A DNA stretch of 61,592 nucleotides from Candidatus Calescibacterium sp. (lineage in GTDB: Bacteria > Calescibacteriota > Calescibacteriia > Calescibacteriales > Calescibacteriaceae), in the NCBI GenBank assembly GCA_032249135.1, contig JAVVGL010000012.1, positions 1 to 61,592 of the forward strand, given 5' to 3'. A program made the translations under genes and the position numbers. Below the pieces are notes generated by a model. It was not told the origin of the DNA, made no database searches, and saw nothing but the letters and a program-made list of their open reading frames with translations. Each line of letters opens with the position of its first letter. The first letter of the stretch is position 1. This document shows positions 61,407 to 61,592 of this stretch, one piece after another.

Positions 61407-61456
61407 GAAATCAAATTTGGTCAGTGTTGCCGATTTTTGTGGAAAAATTTGATTTC
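61407..61456. repeat. 12-bp perfect inverted repeat with 26-nt spacer
   Basis: GAAATCAAATTT (61407-61418) and AAATTTGATTTC (61445-61456). Confidence 0.7.
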
Positions 61457-61522
61457 TTTGCTAAAATATTTTGATTGTTGAATTAAAAACTAAAAAATTA
61501 AAATGAAAGGGAGGTAAAAAAT

Positions 61523-61592
61523 ATGCAGTATGAAGTGAAAATACCTTTCAGGAACATTCCTGATCTTTACAAGTGGAGGGTGAACGAGACGC
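61523..61592 (+). CDS. 5' end of a CDS (MQYEVKIPFRNIPDLYKWRVNET..), possibly an AMP-dependent acyl-CoA ligase
   Basis: Strong GGAGGT RBS and ATG; only 23 codons visible, so the product is tentative. Confidence 0.45.
   Translation, partial: MQYEVKIPFRNIPDLYKWRVNET

Overview
AT-rich, compact chromosomal window from a diderm (lpxB, Wzx, Wza-like exporter) and apparently flagellated bacterium. Its Lys/Glu/Ile-rich proteins and several archaeal-type genes suggest a thermophile (inference). Most of the window is housekeeping: recG, clpX, purB, aspS, pyrG, lpxB, hisG, secDF, initiator tRNA-Met, rpsT, smpB, gatC, rho, pdxJ, folP, ftsH and a 2-oxoacid:ferredoxin oxidoreductase pair. I found no CRISPR array, IS element or prophage. 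The most unusual features are: (1) a Fur-box-preceded outer-membrane porin plus an FMN-binding/ApbE-like fusion gene, followed by a two-SBP TRAP transporter whose DctM carries an extra C-terminal soluble domain; (2) an orphan PqqD/RRE gene divergent from a small ORF with a KR-Tat-like/YxxP leader, a candidate RiPP precursor; (3) a collapsed remnant of a heme-copper oxidoreductase operon that the ORF track misses; (4) an in-frame PurB-PurS fusion; (5) a flagellar locus with a very divergent flagellin, two sigma-28 promoters and a CsrA-type leader hairpin on flaG; (6) a Cys-type Thi4; (7) a lipoprotein that also has a C-terminal GGGC sorting motif; (8) a decaying AAA-ATPase/HEPN/MNT islet. All family assignments come from motifs recognised by eye; no database search was run.
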